64,000 nucleotides of DNA from assembly GCA_002269645.1 (NCBI GenBank), contig NIVC01002793.1, positions 75,976 through 139,975 on the forward strand, given 5' to 3'. Below the pieces are notes generated by a model, which was not told the origin of the DNA, did not search any database, and saw only the letters and a program-made list of their open reading frames with translations. The translations under genes were made by a program, and so were the position numbers. The stretch is from Macrostomum lignano. Its lineage: Eukaryota. Each line of letters begins with the position of its first letter. Positions within the stretch are counted from its first letter, which is position 1. Positions 1-13,287 of the stretch are shown in pieces.

Positions 1-526
1 TTAACTTTATTGATGGCTCAGCCAAATTTAACTGACTTTGACCTTGAGCTGATATTAAAGCAAAAGTTTACGCCTGTTCAATGAATTGCTAGATCACTAG
101 TGAGTCCGTGTATTTTATTAATTTAAATAGGCCATTCTGAGTAATATAACCCAAATAACTCGTCTCTTAGCACCTGATTGGTTGGGGCCATCCAGTCAAC
201 AAGCCGATTTTAGTGTACACTGATAGGATGTACACACCAACCGCCCCACCCCACTCTATAACCCTGTTGTGATAAAGGCTTTCTCTAACCCCACCCCAAC
301 CTTTTGTCCGCGACAATCCGCTTGCAACTGGCTGTTTACCACACCCACCCCTGATTTCCTTCCCCTCTCACCAACCACCCCAGCCGCAGTCAGGAGTTGC
401 CGGAGCAGCCAAAAATCATTAACTGAGAGATGTGTCAGATAGGGGGCATCGTAACTGAATCACATGTACTGCCTACAGTTGCTCATAGCTAGTTAGGAAT
501 TGGTCATGCAGAAGCCAGATAGGAGT

Positions 527-742
527 GTGTCAGCTAGTCATGGCAGTGAGTGGGATATTTGTGTCAGCTAGTCATGGCAGTGAGTGGGATATTTGTGTCA
601 GCTAGTCATGGCAGTGAGTGGGATATTTGTGTCAGCTAGTCATGGCAGTGAGTGGGATATTTGTGTCAGCTAGTCATAGCAGTGTCAGATATTGGTGTGC
701 AGTGAGGCAGATACTGATGTCAGCTAGTCATAGCAGTGAGTC
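527..742. repeat. 34-bp minisatellite (GTGTCAGCTAGTCATGGCAGTGAGTGGGATATTT), about 4 near-perfect copies plus degenerate copies
   Basis: Unit read directly; TGGCAG recurs at 541, 575, 609 (period 34). Confidence 0.9.
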
Positions 743-1288
743 AGACACCTTATAATATTCATATAGGATAGTATAGTACATATAGTGTTAGGAACTTCCT
801 GGGTAAATAAGCAATAAACCAAAGTTAGGAATCCATAACCAGCAACAAAATTATTTACCATTTGAAGGTACTTTCAATGACGCTCGTTAAGTTATTTGAA
901 AATTTGAAAACCAGATACGCGGAATAATTTTGTATTTCATACCGGCCACACCGCGGGGCAGTGTGCAATTAATAAAACAGACAGAATACGCCCCCGGTTG
1001 AACTGATAACAGCTAATTAATTTACGTTATCGTAGTTTGACAGGAGCATACTACTATAAGAGACGCGAACATTAATAAAAGAAATGGGTCACAGAGCTAG
1101 AGCAGTCGCAGGCTAAAACTGCATACAAAGACAGATGCGCATAGCGGATATAGCATGAAAGCTGACACTGTCAATCAAGAAGGTGAACTCGCGCTGAAAT
1201 CCACTACTTACTTAAAAAACATACTTTACAGGGCCTATTGCATGAATGCAATTTCTCGTCTAACTTCTAATTTTAGTAACTAGCATTG

Positions 1289-2590
1289 CGATCCTGGGAT
1301 TTGAGATGCTTGGATCCTGGGATTTGAGATGCCGGGATCCTGAAAGGTGAACCAACTGAGTGAATTGGGAACCAACTGAGTGAATTGGGAACCAACTGAG
1401 TGAATTGGGAACCAACTGAGTGAATTGGGAACCAACTGAGTGAATTGGGAACCAACTGAGTGAATTGGGAACCAACTGAGTGAATTGGGAACCAACTGAG
1501 TGAATTGGGAACCAACTGAGTGAATTGGGAACCAACTGAGTGAAAGGTGAACCAACTGAGTGAATTGGGAACCAACTGAGTGAATTGGGATCCTGGGATT
1601 TGAGATGCCGGGATCCTGGGATTTGAGATGCTGGGTTCTTGGGATTTGAGATGCCGGGATCCTGGGATTTGAGATGCCGGGATCCTGGGATTTGAGATGC
1701 TTGGATCCTGGGATTTGAGATGCCGGGATCCTGAAAGGTGAACCAACTGAGTGAATTGGGAACCAACTGAGTGAATTGGGAACCAACTGAGTGAATTGGG
1801 AACCAACTGAGTGAATTGGGAACCAACTGAGTGAATTGGGAACCAACTGAGTGAATTGGGAACCAACTGAGTGAAAGGTGAACCAACTGAGTGAATTGGG
1901 AACCAACTGAGTGAATTGGGATCCTGGGATTTGAGATGCCGGGATCCTGGGATTTGAGATGCTGGGTTCTTGGGATTTGAGATGCCGGGATCCTGGGATT
2001 TGAGATGCCGGGATCCTGGGATTTGAGATGCTTGGATCCTGGGATTTGAGATGCCGGGATCCTGAAAGGTGAACCAACTGAGTGAATTGGGAACCAACTG
2101 AGTGAATTGGGAACCAACTGAGTGAATTGGGAACCAACTGAGTGAAAGGTGAACCAACTGAGTGAATTGGGAACCAACTGAGTGAATTGGGATCCTGGGA
2201 TTTGAGATGCCGGGATCCTGGGATTTGAGATGCTGGGTTCTTGGGATTTGAGATGCCGGGATCCTGGGATTTGAGATGCCGGGATCCTGGGATTTGAGAT
2301 GCCGGGATCCTGGGATTTGAGATGCCGGGATCCTGGGATTTGAGATGCCGGGATCCTGGGATTTAAGATGCCGGGATCCTGGGATTTGAGATGCCGTGAT
2401 CCTGGGATTTGAGATGCTGGGATCCTGGGATTTGAAATGCCGGGATCCTGGGATTTTAGATGCCGGGATCCTGGGATCCTGGGATTTGAGATGCCGGGAT
2501 CCCGGGATTTTAGATGCCGGGATCCTGGGATTTGAGATGCTGGGATCCTGGGATTTGAGATGCCGGGACCCTGGGATTTGAGATGCTGGG
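1289..2590. repeat. Composite minisatellite: alternating blocks of a 20-bp unit (GAACCAACTGAGTGAATTGG) and a 23-bp unit (GGGATCCTGGGATTTGAGATGCC)
   Basis: Approximate blocks: 23-mer 1289-1340, 20-mer 1341-1589, 23-mer 1590-1730, 20-mer 1731-1920, 23-mer 1920-2061, 20-mer 2062-2190, 23-mer 2190-2590. ORF-track peptides repeat every 20 and 23 aa, as expected for these periods. Confidence 0.95.
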
Positions 2591-2786
2591 ATTACAAATG
2601 TAGGGATCTAGAATTTCGACTGTCGGGGTTTTGAAATTTTTAAATGGGATATGGGATGTGGTTTAAGCTGGCTGGGATTACAACTCGAATGGAACACTAT
2701 TCTCTGGAATTTTATACTACAGAAGCGCAGCCCAGCCTGGAAGCAGTTCCCTGATGATGCCAGTCAGCCTAATTACACAATCAAAC

Positions 2787-3824
2787 TCAAAACACCCGGC
2801 CAGAGCCCTTGGAACCCGCGGCAGGAGGCGGCGGCGGCGGCGGCCCCCCGGCGGGTCGCCAGGGCGCCAGCTGGCCGGACCGAGACACCGAAGGCAGGCT
2901 GACCGGCACTCGGGGCATCAGCGGCGGAGGCGCCGCCGGCGGCATCAGCGGCGGCGGCGGACGCGACAAAGATGAAGATGTCGACACCGCGGCAACGACA
3001 GGCTGCTGGCTGCCGCTGCCGGTCTTCTTGGCGGCGCCAGAAGCCAGCTTGAACTGGCCCAGACAGGCACGCCGCTCCTCCAGCGAGATGTCCTCGTCGG
3101 GGTGGACCAGCTTAGCCTGCAGGCCGCCGGCCGCCGCGGCCGCATTGGCAGCCGAAGCCCACGGCTTGGCAACCCGAGGATAAGTGCTCAAATCCGAGCT
3201 CAGGCCCAGGTTTGGCTGCTTGTGCACCGAAGACGAAGCGACCGAGGACGATGAAGGAACTGCCGCGGACGGCACCAGCGGATGCGGCGGCGGCGGGGGC
3301 GGGAAGTGCGGGTGCTGCACGGTGGTCGGAGCCGAGAACGGCTGCAGCAGCGGCGGAGGCGGCGGAGGCGGCGGCACGGATGAGCCAAACGGCATGGCCA
3401 CGGGCGGCGGGGGGAACGGCAGGCCTGGCGGAGGCATTGGGATGTTCGGCGGCAGCCAGGCGGCCTGATCCTGCGGCTGCTTTTTCTTCTTCTCCGGCGG
3501 CTGCTGCTGCTCAGCCTCGGGATCCTGGCCGCGCTTCATCAACCGCCTGGCCTCCTGGTCCTCCTCTGGCACGCCCTGCATACCGTAGATTTCAATTTCT
3601 ACGCTAGTCCTACCTTGCACAGCGTTGGGGATCTGCTCCACCTTCTCCTTGTGCACCTGGCCGCAGTGGATGACCAGGCCCGGCCCAGTGAACAGCTTCC
3701 TGTGGCACACGTGGCATTTGAAATGCTTCGCCTTCTGGTGATCGATGAGGATTTTCTCGTCTTCGAACTCGCGATTGCAGTACCAGCACCAGGGCTTCAG
3801 CTGCTTCTTCTTTTTGCGGCCCAT
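2787..3824 (-). CDS. ZNF207: BUB3-interacting GLEBS-motif zinc finger protein ZNF207/BuGZ orthologue, 345 aa, intronless
   Basis: N-terminus [60 protein letters not shown] (two C2H2-type fingers), Pro-rich low-complexity middle, C-terminal GLEBS motif [15 protein letters not shown]; single open frame from ATG to stop. Confidence 0.95.
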   Translation of the reverse strand: MGRKKKKQLKPWCWYCNREFEDEKILIDHQKAKHFKCHVCHRKLFTGPGLVIHCGQVHKEKVEQIPNAVQGRTSVEIEIYGMQGVPEEDQEARRLMKRGQDPEAEQQQPPEKKKKQPQDQAAWLPPNIPMPPPGLPFPPPPVAMPFGSSVPPPPPPPPLLQPFSAPTTVQHPHFPPPPPPHPLVPSAAVPSSSSVASSSVHKQPNLGLSSDLSTYPRVAKPWASAANAAAAAGGLQAKLVHPDEDISLEERRACLGQFKLASGAAKKTGSGSQQPVVAAVSTSSSLSRPPPPLMPPAAPPPLMPRVPVSLPSVSRSGQLAPWRPAGGPPPPPPPAAGSKGSGRVF

Positions 3825-4070
3825 CGCGCCAAGTTCAGACCTGCTTTTTAGCTAGTGAATACTCGCTAGGGTCAGGCAAAGTGCTCAGCCAGACTCACTG
3901 ATCAATGCGTTTGCTCAGGGGCAGCCGGCAGCACGCGGGTTTAAGAGACAGCAGGTCGCGCCTGGCTGATCTGGAATAGTGGGACGGCGATTGCTCATTG
4001 GTCAGCAAGTTCGGGCTAAGTCTGCCTGGGACCAACTGGGGGACAACTACGGAACACTGACGGTGAATGA

Positions 4071-4595
4071 AAACCAACTGAGTGAATGAGGAACCAACTG
4101 AGTGAATTGGGAACCAACTGAGTGAATTGGGAACCAACTGAGTGAATTGGGAACCAACTGAGTGAATTGGGAACCAACTGAGTGAATTGGGAACCAACTG
4201 AGTGAATTGGGAACCAACTGAGTGAATTGGGAACCAACTGAGTGAATTGGGAACCAACTGAGTGAATTGGGAACCAACTGAGTGAATTGGGAACCAACTG
4301 AGTGAATTGGGAACCAACTGAGTAAATTGGGAACCAACTGAGTGAAAGGTGAACCAACTGAGTGAATTGGGAACCAACTGAGTGAATTGGGAACCAACTG
4401 AGTGAATTGGGAACCAACTGAGTGAAAGGTGAACCAACTGAGTGAATTGGGAACCAACTGAGTGAAAGGTGAACCATCTGAGTGAATTGGGAACCAACTG
4501 AGTGAATTGGGAACCAACTGAGTGAAAGGTGAACCATCTGAGTGAATTGGGAACCAACTGAGTGAATTGGGAACCAACTGAGTGAATTGGGAACT
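4071..4595. repeat. 20-bp minisatellite GAACCAACTGAGTGAATTGG (variant ...GAAAGGT), about 26 copies
   Basis: Same unit, variant and orientation as the 20-mer blocks at 1341-2190. Confidence 0.95.
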
Positions 4596-7469
4596 AAATG
4601 AGCAGCCAATTGACTGTAGAAACGATAAATTTTGGAAAATGTTTTTAATAGTAAAAATCCAAGTGCCATATGATGAGAAATAGATTGAATGCAGAGTACG
4701 GAGCCAGGTGTAGCCCAGAGACAAAGGGATTGATTCAATTTACATGATTTATAATTTAAATAAGCTGAGACCATTGACATAAAATAGAATCAATATACTA
4801 ATTTAATTAACTAATCAGTTAGCTTACTGCTCTCACATAATTATTGTCAAAGATGAAGTGTTTTGCGGGAGGTGACACTCTACGAAGATTCCCACACTGC
4901 AAAGAGTATATCAGTTATGAACATAATGATTAAACTGTGTTTCCAATGCAAAACACAATAAACTCTCACCAGAACTGATCTTCCAGCCTCGTCTACATGA
5001 GCAACTCCCTGATTACAACGGCTGTGCGATTTACTTTTTGATAAAAAATGTGACTTACCTATGAGAGAAACCTAAGCAAAAGTTTAAGTAATTTTGGGCA
5101 AACGGCAGGAGTAACTAAGAATATATTATTAAGGCTAAATACCTCGTCATCCAATTAGCACTACGGCCATATTTTTTCAGTGGCATTTTTGCAACTTACC
5201 TCGGCTAGGCCAGGTGTGGCGCACATATGTTTAAGGAGGAACTTACCAGGACAAGCAGCCTGTGGGTCAACTTCCTGGTTCAGAGAAATTCATTCACCTA
5301 CTAATTAAGAGAGTCACCTTAAGATTAAGAAGAAAAGTCCTAATGAAAAAATGATTTCTAGAGAATATTAGTCTTAGAACTAGAAAAAGTTGAAGGGATT
5401 AAAATTTTTCATATTAGGCAAGATGAGGATGCAAACTTTTGCAGGGATCCAAGGATTTCTGTGTTATGGGAATGGGGTTGAAATTTTTATGTAACATGTA
5501 ATATATTGAATAAGCAATATAGAGATGGGATAGAAGAAAAATTCATGAAACTCATAAAACAAAACCTTAATGTCTATTGCAGACTCAAATGAGAATACTA
5601 TTTCAAATTGAATCTTTCACTTACATTAGTATCCTTTCTTAACTGTCACAGATTGAAAACATCATATTAGTGCCACCTGTGGAAGAGAATGTGTTGGCAA
5701 AACATTTAATAAACCTAGCCTAATATTCAAGAGCTAAACTTGAACTAAAAGTTTTTAAATAGTTTATAAGGACAAACAAAGAGCATATAATTTTAGTTGA
5801 CTATAGAGTTTTAAGACCAAAAGCCATGACTTTTGACTTGATAAAAGTTGAATTTCATAACAAAGTAGAAAACTTCTTGATTATAGGCTAAAATATATAT
5901 TTAAAACTAGGGATTGACTGACTGTGATTTTTGTGCATGATTGGAACTAGACCATGCATGACTGTGAATTTTTATAACATACACTTTAATTTAAACACAG
6001 AACTATTAGTATTAATACTACCAAGTCTAGTAATTTTTATTGATTTTTAAGCTTTGTTTTATCATGTTTACTTCTTGACTATATTTTATTATGTGACTTT
6101 GTTACATCTGCACTGATTTGTTGCAATTTTGGTTTGCTTTTCACAATTGTATATTTCAGTATGTTGTGCTATGACTTAGAAAAGTAAATTTTAAGTCATA
6201 AAATTCATGAACTGTGATTATGGTTGATCTAGTTCAAACTAATTATAGTTACTAAAAATTTATAGCACTTATAGTCATAAAAATGATTGTTTTGTAGTAC
6301 CTAGCTATGTTTGAAAAGAAAGTGCTTTTTCTCTTGATGATATATTATTGCTAACATTAATTTGTACCCAGGAAATTTCTTTTTTTGATAGCTCTTTTTT
6401 TCTCCCTAAAAACCCACAATGCTATGATTATGATAGGTCTTTTGCCTATTCTGAGAGCATAAGTATATGTCTAGCCACATCTCAGTGTATTATTGGCCTA
6501 AGCAGTGTACTATGTATAAGTAGTACAAATGTATTACATTCATTTTTTGCTAGACTTAGGCATTATCTCCCATCTTACAGTCCTATCTTCTGTCTTAAGG
6601 ATCAGGAATACATATAAAAGAGTACATATAGTAGAAGTACATGCTAACAGCAAGTGCCATGACCCTCTAATCTTAGTAATGCCCAGATTAGAGAAGTAGT
6701 AAATATACCAATAAGACCACTTAGGCTACTAAGAATGCTACTACAATGCTACCAGAACACTACTAGAATGCTACTTAGACTCATACAAAGAAAGGATAGA
6801 ATATAGCAATGGGATTATTAAAAGAGAAGTTTAGCACCAGTACAACTTTGGTGGCCTTAAGGAGATTAAATTAAAGGCCTGCAGCTGTGAAAGATAGGGG
6901 AAAAAGACCTATTACAATATATAATATATTTAAATATTCTTGGAATCATTTTACTTTATATCTAATATTTTAATTTCTTTTTAAAGGCCTAATAATTACC
7001 TTTGAACTATTATTTTAAGCTAGGTCTAAGCTACCTAACAAAAATATTAGGCCTAACTTTAGCCTTTAGAAAAAAAACATATATATTTTTAAATTTTATT
7101 TGTCAACTTTATTATTTCACATAATTTTAATAATATATTATATTAATTTTTTGGTGTTTAATAATAATATTAATGGTTTCAATCCACTTTGGCAAAATAA
7201 TTTTTGGCAAAAGTCAATAATAGCAAAAAAAATACTTTTATAGCAACTAGCTATTTTGGCAAACAATTTGTTGAGATTGATCTAAGCTTCAGCAAAGAGC
7301 AAAGTCTTACTGTTTTAGAAAAAAAGTCAGAATAAAAAAGACAAACTCTAAAGACTATTTTTGCTATCCATTTTTATTCTATGGCGATTTTATTATTAGG
7401 TACTGTTCCTATGTGATCCATTATAGAGGGATTTCAAAGTACAATTTAGGAACTAGAACTTTGAATAAC

Positions 7470-7641
7470 CATGCTTGGGCGCAACCTTGGGATTCACCCG
7501 GCCGCTTCTATTGGCAACACACACATGTAAGTCGCTATTGGCTGAGAGCAGTCATGTGACTACTATTCTGTCCAATAGCAACACACATGTGTGTGTTGCC
7601 AATAGAAACGGCCGGGTGATTCCCAAGGTTGCGCATGTATG
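7470..7641. mobile_element. 172-bp hairpin MITE with CAT...ATG ends and 8-bp TSD (P- or hAT-type)
   Basis: 50-bp inverted arms from 7479 and ending at 7634 with 2 mismatches; flanking direct repeat TGAATAAC at 7462-7469 and 7642-7649; right end GTTGCGCATGTATG matches the TIR of the 13873-15677 element. Confidence 0.8.
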
Positions 7642-8126
7642 TGAATAACCACAGTCATCCCTAATCCATTTATTACACTTTGCATATATAACATAGCTAC
7701 TGGCTAAGTCATGAGTTTTTTACTTCCTAATATACTAAAAATGGTCTTTATAAACTGAAAATATATGCAAAGAAGTCAATAAGTAATTTTTTAAAAGCTA
7801 TAATCACAAAAATCATATATTTGCAATTGTTATAAGTAGCCTATTTTAATTGTAATAGGGTTTCTTAGAAAGTTTCAATCCAAACTTGCGCACGAAAAAT
7901 GTGTTGTTTTACTTTTCAAAATATTCTCAAATAATAGTCTTTTGTTAAAATACACTTGTTTCAGTTAGTATAAATAGGAGCAAAGTTTAGGGAAAAAGAT
8001 TCAACTTGCTCTCACAAATTAAATTGTTTACAGCTTGTTCAATACTTATTCTCAGCTCATTGCTTAAAGAAGTATTAAGAGTTGGGAATCAGGGATTCAT
8101 GCAAAGAGAGTACTAAAAGTAATCGC

Positions 8127-8520
8127 TATGACCCTCTAACCTTGGTAACACCCAGACTGGAGAGAGAAAGTATATATACCACTACCAGTAAGACGGCTCA
8201 GGCCATATTCTAAGAATGCTACCAGATCACATACTAAGAACGCTACTAGATCATATACTAAGAATGCTAACAGACCATATACTAAGAACGCTACCAGACC
8301 ATATACTAAAAACACTACCAGACCATGTACTAAGAACGCTACCAGACCATATACTAAAAACGCTACCAGACCATGTACTAAGAACGCTACCCAGAACTAT
8401 ATGAGATTCTAAGAAACAGTTAAAAACATTAAGGCAAGATTAAGTGTCAGCAGTAGAAATTTAAAAGAGGGAAATCAAAAGCCTATTACAACTTAACAAC
8501 TTTGGTTGGATTTAAAGAGA
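8127..8520. repeat. Dispersed repeat containing a 24-bp tandem array (GAACGCTACCAGACCATATACTAA, about 8 copies, 8214-8400); diverged second copy at about 6657-6900
   Basis: 8-aa periodic ORF 8216-8404. Both loci start ATGACCCTCTAA(T/C)CTT(A/G)GTAA and share AAGAATGCTAC motifs. Confidence 0.75.
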
Positions 8521-9748
8521 GCCAGAAAATGCCTGTGACAACTTGGTGGCTTAACTGGGATTGAAATATATAGAGTAAGAAGAAATACATCTGTCACAGC
8601 TGGTGGCAATTAGTAGGATAGTTGGAGGACAGAAGTAAGCCCTACAACAATCTTTTTGCTAAAATGTATATCTTATCTATCTAAATATACTTAAATTTTA
8701 AACTAAAAATCCACTTTTACTAAAGTATCTTTTGCTGAAAATTCCTTTGCCAAAATGGACTGCACCTATACTAACACTAAATAGCCATTTATACAAATTT
8801 TATTCAATAAAAATATCTTGATAAGGGCATAAGACCAAGGCCTAAGCCCCCCGACTCTAGAAGGTTACATGTATACTAGATAATTCTGGTATAAAAATGA
8901 CCCCCTTCAAATTTTGTGTATAAATTTTGGCATAAAAATTCATGCCAATTATTTCAACATACAAATTCATGCAGTTTTTTGGCATACAAATTTTAATGAG
9001 CAAACTAATGCTAGGAAAGAAAAATTTAATGTAAATAAATATGTTTATGCAAAAAGGGAAATTTATATATTCCAGAAAGACACTCATAAACTTTTTGCTT
9101 TTTTAACAGTTGGGCCTAATATAAAACAAAACTAATAAAAATTATTGCTAAAAACTTAAGTTAGGCATCATTTTTTATAGGTATGATTTAATTTTGTTCA
9201 AAATGAAAATATTTATAGTATTTTAAAAGGTGCATGGACATTTCATCTGCTGCCTTTTTTGTTTGCCAGCCAAAAAAAGATTTTTAAAAAGAAAATGAGA
9301 ATTTAGATACTTTAGCTTATAAAGCTAACTTTTCATGAGATATTACAAGTCATTCAAAAGGAGTTATAATTAGATGTCATTATTTGTAAATGTAATTTTG
9401 TTTAATACAATATTTTAAAGAAATATTATATAAAATTTAAATATCCATTAAGAAAAGAAGAGTTATAAGCTGCAGTTGAATTTGCCAGATTTTATGAGCA
9501 TTGTTATTAGCCCTATCCAATGATGATAATGCATTTGCTTTTTCTATTTCAAAATTTATTCATTTTAAACAAAAAATTAATATATATGCATAGACAACAT
9601 TAATATAACCTATATTATAGGTCAAAATTTTGGTCACTTGGGAAAAATCTATATTTTTAGATATGTGTTGTGTATGCTTGTGCTTCTAATGTAATGAGTT
9701 CATTATCTTTACTATAATATAAACTTTTTAAGATATACAGATATCACC

Positions 9749-10228
9749 TGTATAACTTTCGCCGACACATCCTCAGACAGGTCCTCCGACACTTTTTGCG
9801 ACAAAAAAGTGTCGCAAAAAAGTGTCGCAAAAAAGTGTTGGAAAATCTGTCTGAAAATGTGTCGGCGAAAGTTATACAGGTATAATGTAAGTTAACATTC
9901 ACTGACACATTTTCCGACACCTAAATTAATGCTGCAGTGTCTGATGCTTTACTTCTGCCAACACATCTTCCAACACTTAAAATGTCACTTCTTAGAGCGA
10001 GGTCATGTACATGTAGCTTGTACTATTCATGTTAGCTTCATGTAGGTTTGTTAAGGTACTGCAAAAGACTGCAGTGTTGCACATCATTTAGTTGCATTAA
10101 TTGATATACATGTACATGTAATAGTTGGCATTTTCTGATTACAAACAGTATGTATTGTAAATGAGGGCATGATATTTTCAGTGTTAAATTTATTTGCAGT
10201 CTAATTAATAAAATGCTATAAATTACTA
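9749..10228. repeat. Left member of a long inverted-repeat pair; includes a 130-bp self-palindromic unit (9749-9878)
   Basis: 9889-10228 is the reverse complement of about 20063-20408; TGTATAACTTTCGCCGACACAT...ATGTGTCGGCGAAAGTTATACA palindrome. Confidence 0.85.
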
Positions 10229-11854
10229 GGTACATGACAGATTCATTCAAATTAATCTTTAGTTGATCAGATAAATACAGTATATCAAACCATTAAATGT
10301 AAGTTTGTGATTTGAGAAACAGTTCTTGCTCTTTCAAGGGATCTTTTAAGATTCATGCATGTAAGAAGACTATACTACTACATATGTACATGTACATAAT
10401 ATATAGCAACAGATCACAAAAGTCTCCTATAGCAAAATATAATTGCAACTTTTTTGTTATGAAGCTTGCAACCCCAGTTGTGTTCTGCATATACATGATA
10501 GTTGTTCACATACATGATAGTATAATAGAGGTGCATGATGTAACCCTATAACACCAATAAGGACCATTGCAGCATATATTACCCATGAATAGCTGTGTTT
10601 AAACATGTATATTTATATACATGTGTATCTAAATCAACGCAATTAAATTTTAAGTCAAGTCAAAACTCACTTTATATAGCTCCCAGCTCTTTTTGTATTG
10701 TATAACAAAATTTTGTGAATCTAAGCAAAAATACATGGGGGCAAAAATACAGGGGGATTTGGGGTCCCGAGTCCCGGGACTTAATTTTCATTATTATATT
10801 TATATTTTTACAAAAAAATTTTTTATATGAACCATAATTAGGCCCACAAAAGTAGTTTATTATACTGCGCTAATGTCTGTTAATTGCCTCACGCTGCATG
10901 GCGCCTTTTTAAATGGACCACATTGCAGATTTTAATGTGAAATTTATTCCAATGTAAATGCAAATTTTGATAATATTATTTTCTTCTTTGTACTACTAAT
11001 TACTACTTTTTAAACTAAATACATTCACATACAAACAAATTAAAACCCCAGCCACGGCCCTAGAAGTTTTCTTTCAAACCTCCCCAACCTCAATCTGTTT
11101 AAAAAACAAACTTATGGATGGAAGAGCCTGCAGTTTACGAATTTTTAAGGCAGAGATAGAGTTTGCTGTTAAATATGAGCCTGATCTTATGAACTATGAA
11201 CTTAAACTATAGATAGAGATTTTATCATTTTAGTAAGGGCAAGTCCAGGGTCCCTACTCTATTCCCAGGGGCCTACTCCTTACTGACTGTCCTTTGACTT
11301 ACAATCATGCAAAAGACAAAGTGGAAAAAGTTGTTTGCAAATTTATAGGCTTATCTGGTTCAGGAAATTACAGAGACTAAAAAGCTAATGAAGAATTATT
11401 AAAGAAGGGAAAATATATTTTTATTAAGCCTAGAAAAGAACTTATGTAAGGGCATGAATATATGAATATATCTAGGCCTAGTTTTTGTTGGAGAAAAGTT
11501 TCAATGAATTTTTTTAGGATTAGGCCTAGGAATAGGTATATATTTTTTTATTTGTCTAATGACTAGGCAAATAGCCTTTTTGCTAGGCCTAGACTATTTG
11601 TCTAGGCCCTCCTAGTTAAATTGCTAACACAAGTGACAAGTATCTATTTTTTTAGTGATGAATATATTCTAGATTCTTAAGACCTTTCTTATATCCTGAT
11701 TAATGTTTCGTTATATACTAATCACTAATGCAAGCAAAGCAGGTATTTGTAATGTGTAATACAATTTGGCATAGGCCTAATTTGATATATAAGAGATATA
11801 GAGTCTGGCCTTTGGCTGTAGCTCAGGCGTTGCATCAGCATCAACTCATGATTG

Positions 11855-12510
11855 TCAACATTTGATGTTGACATACAGGTACCACTTTTCATTGCTTATA
11901 ATTATGGACTTCAGCCAGTTGTGTATGCACCTATAGGAGAGGAGAGAAGTGGCCACCTTAGCCCTGCACTCCTTGTCTCGATCTGACAATTTGTGGGATA
12001 TCCATTGTGCTAGCTTGTACACCTTGCCCAGCTGATGCAAATGACTGATAACCATTTTATGGTCTACATCAAAGACTTGCACTAGCTCAAGCATGGTTTG
12101 CCGTGGGTCAGCCTTTACAAGTGTGTGTAGCCAGTCGTCATTAACCTGAGAGGGACGACCTGACAGGGCATATCTTTGAGGTTAAAATTTCCCTAGCAAA
12201 ACCATGCAAACTAGTCCTGGGCAATGCGTTCAGACATAATACCTGCACCAAATGTAGCGTTGATGCGGCGGCTGGATTCTGCGGCTGACAGTCCAGATTC
12301 GAAGTTGTAGAGCAGGAGACTATGAATATAGGCTCGAGAGAGATCCATAATGTTGGTGACTAGTGAGTAATCACTGGTTTAAATAGTATATTAGAATCAT
12401 ACATACCTACCTTCAATATATACCCATATAGCCAGGATCTGGAATGTTGCAGAAAGTTCTTAGACGGAAAGTTTTAGAAACTGCGAGAACTTTTTTGCCA
12501 ACCAAATATA
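11855..12510 (-). mobile_element. Decayed mariner element, 5' half (TIR plus transposase N-terminal fragment)
   Basis: TA-TTTGGTTGGCAAAAAAGTTC terminus at about 12487-12510. From ATG 12348 (-) it reads MDLSRAYIHSLLLYNFESGLSAAESSRRINATFG...AQD*F..F.*GNFNLKD../GRPSQVNDDWL...DPRQTMLELVQVFDV...W.SHKL...SNEKW, with stops, a frameshift and 3' truncation. Confidence 0.85.
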
Positions 12511-13094
12511 TCTTTAGCTTTAGTATATCTTTGCATAATATAAAAGTATATTATATCATGCAAAGCAAATAAAATAATGTCTTTATACTTTAATGAATGT
12601 TTGTTTTTTTATTACTTAAAATTAAAACTTTGACAAAATCTGTTATCTTCTTTATAGGCTAGTAGGTTAGCTTAGTTATCACTACATAGAAGCAATTTTT
12701 TTATTTAGTCAAGATGCTAAATTATTTAATCATAAGTTTATAGAAATAATGAAATTAGAACAAATTTTTAAGGTTTAATAAATGTTTAAATAAGTTTCTT
12801 TGGAATCTTTTGCCATAATAATAGGATTGCAATATACTTGTAAAATAGGTTTTTATTTAAATATAGTTACCAATTAATAATCAAAATGCTAATTTTTTTA
12901 CTAGTAAAAATATATTATTTATACTTAAAATCTATGTATTCATCAAAATGAAGCACTTTGACCTAATTTCCTTTTAAGAACAATAGACAGAAGTTTTTTT
13001 GATACTATAGCCATAGGCATTGGTATGACCTATGCAAGATTACGGTAGAGAAGCACTCTTAACAGATAATAGTAAGACAAAACTCAATATTACT

Positions 13095-13132
13095 TGCGAC
13101 GCGTTTCGGCCAAAACTAGCCATCCTCAGGCA
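13095..13132 (-). ncRNA. Minimal type I hammerhead ribozyme
   Basis: Minus strand TGC-CTGAGGA-T-GGCT agtttt GGCC-GAAA-CGCGTC-GCA: CUGANGA and GAAA core, 4-bp stem II with a G-U wobble, palindromic ACGCGU stem III, GUC cleavage triplet, 3-bp stem I. Confidence 0.75.
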
Positions 13133-13249
13133 CTATCGAACAGAATTACAGATCTGTACATTGATCCTTTAGTCCTTTTATATCTTTTCAATACCTGATT
13201 TTGTCGTCTACACAGTATTTAATAGGTTGAAATAAATTCTGTTCGATAG

Positions 13250-13287
13250 TGCCTGAAGATGGCTAGTTCCAGCCGAAACGCGTCGCA
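13250..13287 (+). ncRNA. Minimal type I hammerhead ribozyme
   Basis: TGC-CTGAAGA(13253-13259)-T-GGCT agttcc AGCC-GAAA(13275-13278)-CGCGTC-GCA; predicted cleavage after C13284. Confidence 0.78.

Noticed and set aside
1260-2177. Long ORFs (285-305 aa) in three minus frames, and similar ORFs at 3895-4780
   Set aside because: Translations of stop-free 20-bp and 23-bp minisatellites; open in all frames with periodic peptides.
2651-3851. Plus-strand Ala/Gly/Arg-rich ORFs
   Set aside because: Antisense shadows of the GC-rich ZNF207 CDS; the same applies to shadows over the transposases, Gypsy and GPCRs.
4071-4595. CRISPR-like appearance of the regular 20-bp repeats (also 38405-39355)
   Set aside because: Head-to-tail repeats with no unique spacers, no cas genes and a eukaryotic context.
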